DNA of 36,171 bases, taken from positions 1 through 36,171 of IMG/VR virus record IMGVR_UViG_3300042109_000082; one strand, given 5' to 3'. Position numbers and translations under genes: made by a program. The stretch's first letter is position 1, and every line of letters starts with the position of its first letter. This document shows, in pieces, positions 31,658 to 36,171 of this stretch. The DNA comes from a virus. Its lineage: Duplodnaviria; Caudoviricetes. The notes below the pieces were generated by a model that was not told the origin of the DNA, did not search any database, and worked only from the letters and a program-made list of their open reading frames with translations.

Positions 31658-33630
31658 TTGCGGCGGCGGGGCTTACTGGCCTTTGCCTTACGGCCACGCT
31701 TTGCGGCGGTGGTCTTGCGACCCTTCTTCGTGTGCAGTTCGCCGCGCCGCTTCATGGAGAGCGCGATAGCCACGGCCTGATCCTGCGGGTAGCCCTCGTC
31801 GCGCAGTAGCGCGATCTTGCGGCTCACGGCATCGTCCTTCGCGGCGTTCGCGTCCTTGCCCTCGGCGCGGTCAAGTTCCTTGTCCTTCCGCTTCGCCCAC
31901 GCCTTGCCGGGGTCGCCGCCCCAAAGCAGCCACGCGATGTAGCCCGCCGAGTCCTCGCCCCATCCCTCGCCCTGCTTGTCCACCTCGTGACGGGCGAAGT
32001 AGGAGTTCATCCGGCGCACGGTGGACGGCGAGAGCGTCTTGCGGTTCGACAGGTCGCGGGCACGCGCCACGCCTACCTCCGTGCCGCCCCTGCCGTGCTT
32101 CTTCCGCAGCTCAAGGCCGCGACGGGCCGCGCTCGCCATCTCCTCGGTCGGGGTCAGGTCAACATCCGAGAGCGCGAACTTGTCCTTGCCGAACGGCGTA
32201 GGCCCGTCGCCTTCCGGCTCGCTCTCCGGCCCCATCGGCGGCAGATCGAGGCCGGGCATACCGCCCATGCCGCCCTCGGCAGGAGCCTGAAGCACAGCCT
32301 CATCGTCCTCCGGCTCGGCCAGTCCAAGCACCTTCCGGGCCTCGCGCTCGGACACGCGACCGCCCAACTTCGTGAAGGACTCGATGGCCTTCATGTACTC
32401 GTCGGGGTTCGGCTTGCTCACGCTGAACGAGAACTGCGGCGGCGTTCCATCGTCGCCAAAGTTGAACCGATAGAGCGGCGTGACGATTTCGCGCGTGATG
32501 GTTTCGCCCAGCGCGTTTGCGATGTAGGTCAACTGGCGGTTCAGCGTCTGCGCGTGCTGGTCGCCAATGGAACTGCCTAGCCCACTCGTCACCGCCTGCG
32601 ATGTTCCGGTCTGACCAAGGATCACTTCCTTGATGTTCTCGGTAAGATACTCCACCATCTTTGCGAAAGCCTCGGCGTTTCCGCCGTTGGGCTCGAGGAT
32701 CTTGATGTCGTAGCCCGCGTCGGTTCCGTCGCCGTTCTTCGGGATCAGCACCGAGACATCGCCGAGGAGGTTCTGCATGGCGGTTTCCATGTCAGACTTC
32801 GCAGCGTCGTTCCCGACTGGATAGTTGCCCACTCGGATGCCCATGCTGTACCGCTCGATGTAGGTCGCCCAGTTCTGTAGCGCGGCCTGCTTGAGCGACC
32901 AGTAGTACCACACAAGGTCGCGCATACCTCGACCGAGGTAGGCGTTCTCGGCCTCGTATGGGTCATCGAAGTCCACGCCCTGCGGCTGATAGGTGTGGAG
33001 CGCGATGGTGCTGCGCTGCTCGTCATCGAGCGGCAGGACGCGGCTGTCCCAACCGACCACCGTGCCGTTGATCTTGTCGGTGTCCGGGGCCGCGCCGCCG
33101 ATGGTCTGCGTGTAATAACGCGGGCCAACCTTCAGGCCGAGCTGCCCGAGTTCGGTCATCGTGATGCTGTCGCCGTGGATCGGGAGCCAGTCTCGGAGGT
33201 AGACCGTCTCGCCGTGCTTGCCGAACACCATGTTCACCGCGCTGCGCCCGTACCAGAGCGCGTCGAGGAGGTGCCGCATCAGGTCGGTGAATCGCGGCGT
33301 GTTCTTCAGCAGCTTCTCGACGAACGCGGCCTGCTCCGTCGCGTCCTCGTCGCCCTGAAGGTCAGCGGGGCACTGCACGGCCCATTCGCTGCACGCCACC
33401 GAGAGTTGCAGCATGAGCAGCGGCCCCATGATGTCGGGGTCGTAGCGCATCTGCCGCTGAAGGTTCCGATCCTTGCGGAACGCGAGCGACCCCTGACGGA
33501 GCACTTTATTTAGGGAAAGATAATAGGAACGCTGCATCTCCACCGGGGTGACGAGTGCCTGAAACACGGGTGCGGCTCGCACCATGTCTGCGCCCTGCGT
33601 GGTCGTTGCTTCGCTCATTGGTTCGTTCAT
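31654..33630 (-). CDS. Portal protein (DUF935 / Mu gp29-like) with C-terminal accessory domains
   Basis: LLDALWYGRS, GRGMRDLVWYYWSLKQ...WATYIERYSM...VGNY, ILGQTGTS...G.SIGDQH; start re-called at 33630 (ATGA overlap with the terminase stop). Confidence 0.9.
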   Translation of the reverse strand: MNEPMSEATTTQGADMVRAAPVFQALVTPVEMQRSYYLSLNKVLRQGSLAFRKDRNLQRQMRYDPDIMGPLLMLQLSVACSEWAVQCPADLQGDEDATEQAAFVEKLLKNTPRFTDLMRHLLDALWYGRSAVNMVFGKHGETVYLRDWLPIHGDSITMTELGQLGLKVGPRYYTQTIGGAAPDTDKINGTVVGWDSRVLPLDDEQRSTIALHTYQPQGVDFDDPYEAENAYLGRGMRDLVWYYWSLKQAALQNWATYIERYSMGIRVGNYPVGNDAAKSDMETAMQNLLGDVSVLIPKNGDGTDAGYDIKILEPNGGNAEAFAKMVEYLTENIKEVILGQTGTSQAVTSGLGSSIGDQHAQTLNRQLTYIANALGETITREIVTPLYRFNFGDDGTPPQFSFSVSKPNPDEYMKAIESFTKLGGRVSEREARKVLGLAEPEDDEAVLQAPAEGGMGGMPGLDLPPMGPESEPEGDGPTPFGKDKFALSDVDLTPTEEMASAARRGLELRKKHGRGGTEVGVARARDLSNRKTLSPSTVRRMNSYFARHEVDKQGEGWGEDSAGYIAWLLWGGDPGKAWAKRKDKELDRAEGKDANAAKDDAVSRKIALLRDEGYPQDQAVAIALSMKRRGELHTKKGRKTTAAKRGRKAKASKPRRRK

Positions 33631-35057
33631 GGGTTGGTTCCGTAAAGTCGCCACAGCCTCGGTCGGTTGCTCGCGATAGTGGTCGGTTTCGCTTGTGGAT
33701 CGTAACGGCGGGTGCGACCATGTTCTAGGAGATCCACCACCGCATCCACGGTGTCATCGTGTTCGGCAGCAGGGAAAGCGACCATCTCGTCTCGGATTGG
33801 CTCCTGCGTCGGTTCGATCCGGCCATCCGCTCTGCATCGCAGCCGGAGCCTGCCCTGCTCGACCATCGGCTGCGCCTCGCTCGCCCGCACCACCTTGTCC
33901 TTCGTCCGGGTCAGCCGTTGGATCGGAATGCGGGTGACGGTCGCGAGTTGTTGGCAGAGGCCCGCCTGCGGGCCGTTGCCCTCGGCGAGGATCAGGGACG
34001 CGGATAGCCGCTCGCACGCATCAACGGCACGGCGCATGAACTCGGGGAAGGTGGCTTGGACGCGAAGGCACTCCAACACCCACACATTCGATTCCCGGTC
34101 GATGAGGGCGATGACGCAAACGCTGTAGTCGCCGCGCTCGCCGCGCTTCTCGGTGAAGGCCCAGTCGATGGCCGCGATGACGCGCCCATTGCCTCGAGCA
34201 GCTTCGGGCGGATCGACGGGGTACAGCCCTGCTTCGATCCACTCGGGCCGGAAGATCAGCGCATCGTCCGACACGGGCACGAGTTCGTAGGCGCGGGCGT
34301 AGCCGAGCGGCCCCATCTCGCGCCGCTGCGCGGTCAGCACCTCCTGCGTGAATACCTCGGCCCACGGGCTGTCGAAGCCTCGGCATGGTCGCCAGAACAG
34401 CGATCCGTCCTCCTGCGCCTGCCGCTTCCATTCGGAGGTCAGGTCATCGGTGTGGTACGGCGTGAAGAGCCGCCATGTACGCGGCCTGCCCGCGCTGAAG
34501 TCCCGCATCGGCAGCCAGTTGTTGCGCCACGCCTCCTTCACCTTCTCGCGCTCAGCGGGAATCAGGACGGAGTTTCGGAGGTCGCACACATCGTCCCCGC
34601 AGAGGAGGTCGGAACGGCCACCCGCTCGCCCGAAGATGTTCGCCGCCTGCATCGTCGCGTCGCGGTGCATGGCCTTGGACTTCACCACGATTTCGTTACT
34701 GCCGTCCGTGCCCGCGTCGGGCTTCAGCATCTTGATGTCGGGAAAGACGGCTCGGTAGACATCCGAGCGCATGATCTGCACGACCATGCGGATCTGTTCC
34801 TGCGCCTTCGCGACCGTCTGCCCGATGTGCTTGATGCGGATGGCCGGGTTGTTGCCGATCTCCCACGCTTGGCGAATGCCGAGCTGCACGCTCTTCCCGT
34901 GGCCTCGGGGCATCCCAATCGCCGCGTCCCCGTGCTTCGACAGGTGCGCCTGCATCTCGGCGTGGAGCGCGGACTGGTTGAAGCCGAGCAGTTCGGCGAA
35001 GATGTCCGGGCAAAGCCGCGCCGCCTGAAGGATTGCGTCCGTGTCAGGGTCACGCAT
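33627..35057 (-). CDS. terL: Terminase large subunit
   Basis: Walker A MPRGHGKS, GGRSDLLCGDD Walker B, nuclease AAIDWA...GDYS...EGNGPQ...HDDTVDA; start re-called at MRDPDTD. Confidence 0.92.
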   Translation of the reverse strand: MRDPDTDAILQAARLCPDIFAELLGFNQSALHAEMQAHLSKHGDAAIGMPRGHGKSVQLGIRQAWEIGNNPAIRIKHIGQTVAKAQEQIRMVVQIMRSDVYRAVFPDIKMLKPDAGTDGSNEIVVKSKAMHRDATMQAANIFGRAGGRSDLLCGDDVCDLRNSVLIPAEREKVKEAWRNNWLPMRDFSAGRPRTWRLFTPYHTDDLTSEWKRQAQEDGSLFWRPCRGFDSPWAEVFTQEVLTAQRREMGPLGYARAYELVPVSDDALIFRPEWIEAGLYPVDPPEAARGNGRVIAAIDWAFTEKRGERGDYSVCVIALIDRESNVWVLECLRVQATFPEFMRRAVDACERLSASLILAEGNGPQAGLCQQLATVTRIPIQRLTRTKDKVVRASEAQPMVEQGRLRLRCRADGRIEPTQEPIRDEMVAFPAAEHDDTVDAVVDLLEHGRTRRYDPQAKPTTIASNRPRLWRLYGTNP

Positions 35058-35457
35058 TGCCGAGCCGCCGGGCGATGATCTCGCGGGCGCGGGCTTGGAT
35101 TTCCGGGCTGATGACCACGCGCTCGGTCGCCTCGCCATCGTCCAGCCGCTCCATCTTGTCGAGCGCGATAGCGGCGTTCACCTTGTCGCGTGCCATCGCC
35201 GCTAGCACCTCGGCGGCTCGTAGGCGGTCACGAGCGGTCGCGCCCTCGTTGGCAAGGATGCGGGCGCAGATACCCGGCGCGGCCCGCCATACGGCCTCCG
35301 GGATCTCCCACCCCTGCGTCACGGCCCGCTGTAGGAGCCGCAGCGCGGCCCGTTGGCGGTTCGGCGGCTCGTCCAGTACCGGAACGGCCTCCGGCGGCGT
35401 AGGCGGCTCCACGGGGGCTATCGCGGGCGGCTTGGACTGGATGCGCTTCCTAGCCAC
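35050..35457 (-). CDS. Putative terminase small subunit
   Basis: 135-aa helical protein directly upstream of terL; positional call. Confidence 0.6.
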   Translation of the reverse strand: MARKRIQSKPPAIAPVEPPTPPEAVPVLDEPPNRQRAALRLLQRAVTQGWEIPEAVWRAAPGICARILANEGATARDRLRAAEVLAAMARDKVNAAIALDKMERLDDGEATERVVISPEIQARAREIIARRLGNA

Positions 35458-36171
35458 GCTGCGCTTTCTTGCCCGTCAGGGTTTCCCACCGCTTCACGAT
35501 GACATCGCAGTAGGCGGGGCTGATTTCCATGCCGTAGCACTTGCGGCCCAGTTGCTCGGCGGCGATGAGGGTGGTGCCGGAGCCTAGGAAGGGATCGTAG
35601 ACCAGCGGTGCGTCATGGTTTCGGATGGCGCGGGCCATGCACTCCACGGGTTTCTGCGTTGGGTGAAACTCGTTTCGGCTCGGCTGGTCAATCTCCCAAA
35701 CCGTTACCTCGTTGGACGGCCCAACAAATCCCGCAGACCCATTCACCGCGTATAGGCAAGGCTCATGCTTCTGGCAGTAGTGAGCACTAGGAGCACCATA
35801 GTGCGCCTTCAATTTGTGCCACACGATCAACGCCCGTATGTCGTAGCCGCATTGCCTGATAGACGCATAGACAGGCTCGGCGTGTTTACCTGCGTGCCAA
35901 ACATACCATGCGCCCTCCGGCATGATGGCTTTAGCGCACGCTAGCGCGGGCGCAAATACATCAGGCACATCATCGCTTTGCAATCGCTCGCGCTTCTTGG
36001 TGTTTACCTGACCACCCTCGTAGGCAACGCCATAGGGAGGGTCTGTGACCATTAACCGCGGTTTCGCCCCCGCCATCAGCCTCGCCACATCCTCCGCCTT
36101 CGTGCTATCCCCGCAGAGCAGGCGATGCTCGCCGAGCAGCCACAGGTCGCCCGGTTTCGTGATCGGCTCCG
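35450..36171 (-). CDS. Amino (N6A/N4C) DNA methyltransferase, beta class; C-terminal half of the ParB fusion (5'-partial)
   Basis: Frame open to the window end (EPITKPGDLWLLGEHRLLCGDST), TDPPY before HPTQKP and DPFLGSGTT, GMEISPAYCDVI..RW. Confidence 0.93.
   Translation of the reverse strand, partial: EPITKPGDLWLLGEHRLLCGDSTKAEDVARLMAGAKPRLMVTDPPYGVAYEGGQVNTKKRERLQSDDVPDVFAPALACAKAIMPEGAWYVWHAGKHAEPVYASIRQCGYDIRALIVWHKLKAHYGAPSAHYCQKHEPCLYAVNGSAGFVGPSNEVTVWEIDQPSRNEFHPTQKPVECMARAIRNHDAPLVYDPFLGSGTTLIAAEQLGRKCYGMEISPAYCDVIVKRWETLTGKKAQRG

Larger units (their letters stand above)
1..36171. mobile_element. Near-complete Caudoviricetes (siphovirus-like) phage genome
   Basis: Packaging, head, tail, replication and recombination modules all present; both window ends fall in the same gene; no host genes seen. 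Confidence 0.93.

Noticed and set aside
13839-35078. Many long + strand ORFs (e.g. 18579..20210, 22986..24347, 15143..16468, 34056..35078)
   Set aside because: Antisense shadows of well-supported minus-strand genes in GC-rich DNA; Arg/Ala-rich translations with no motifs or RBS.

Overview
The window is an almost complete, GC-rich tailed-phage genome (about 36 kb) opened inside one gene: the ParB-like 5' half of a ParB-DNA methyltransferase is at 1..390 and its catalytic half is at 35450..36171. It has a Mu-like head/neck module (terminase, DUF935 portal, gpF, protease/scaffold, decoration, major capsid, gp36, gpG), a siphovirus tail with a -1 frameshifted chaperone pair, and a lambdoid-style replication/recombination arm (DUF1376 initiator with internal iteron-like repeats, ERF, Gp157, RusA). 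A divergent early control region lies at 10.3-10.5 kb. I found no integrase, transposase, CI-like repressor, endolysin, tRNA or CRISPR array. Cys-rich GACC repeats hint at a Planctomycetota host (inference). The most striking unexplained structure is a candidate ~80-nt two-hairpin small RNA (12836..12916). Its two single-stranded segments are complementary to two motifs (a GGGGCG hairpin loop and GAGACACC) repeated in the leaders or ribosome-binding sites of six early genes, suggesting a multi-target antisense switch in the style of P1 C4 or P4 CI RNA. A second candidate system is a set of modular head proteins with repeated linker/cleavage-like motifs and a capsid N-terminus mimic inside the protease/scaffold. 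All family calls are by motif recognition only; no database search was run.
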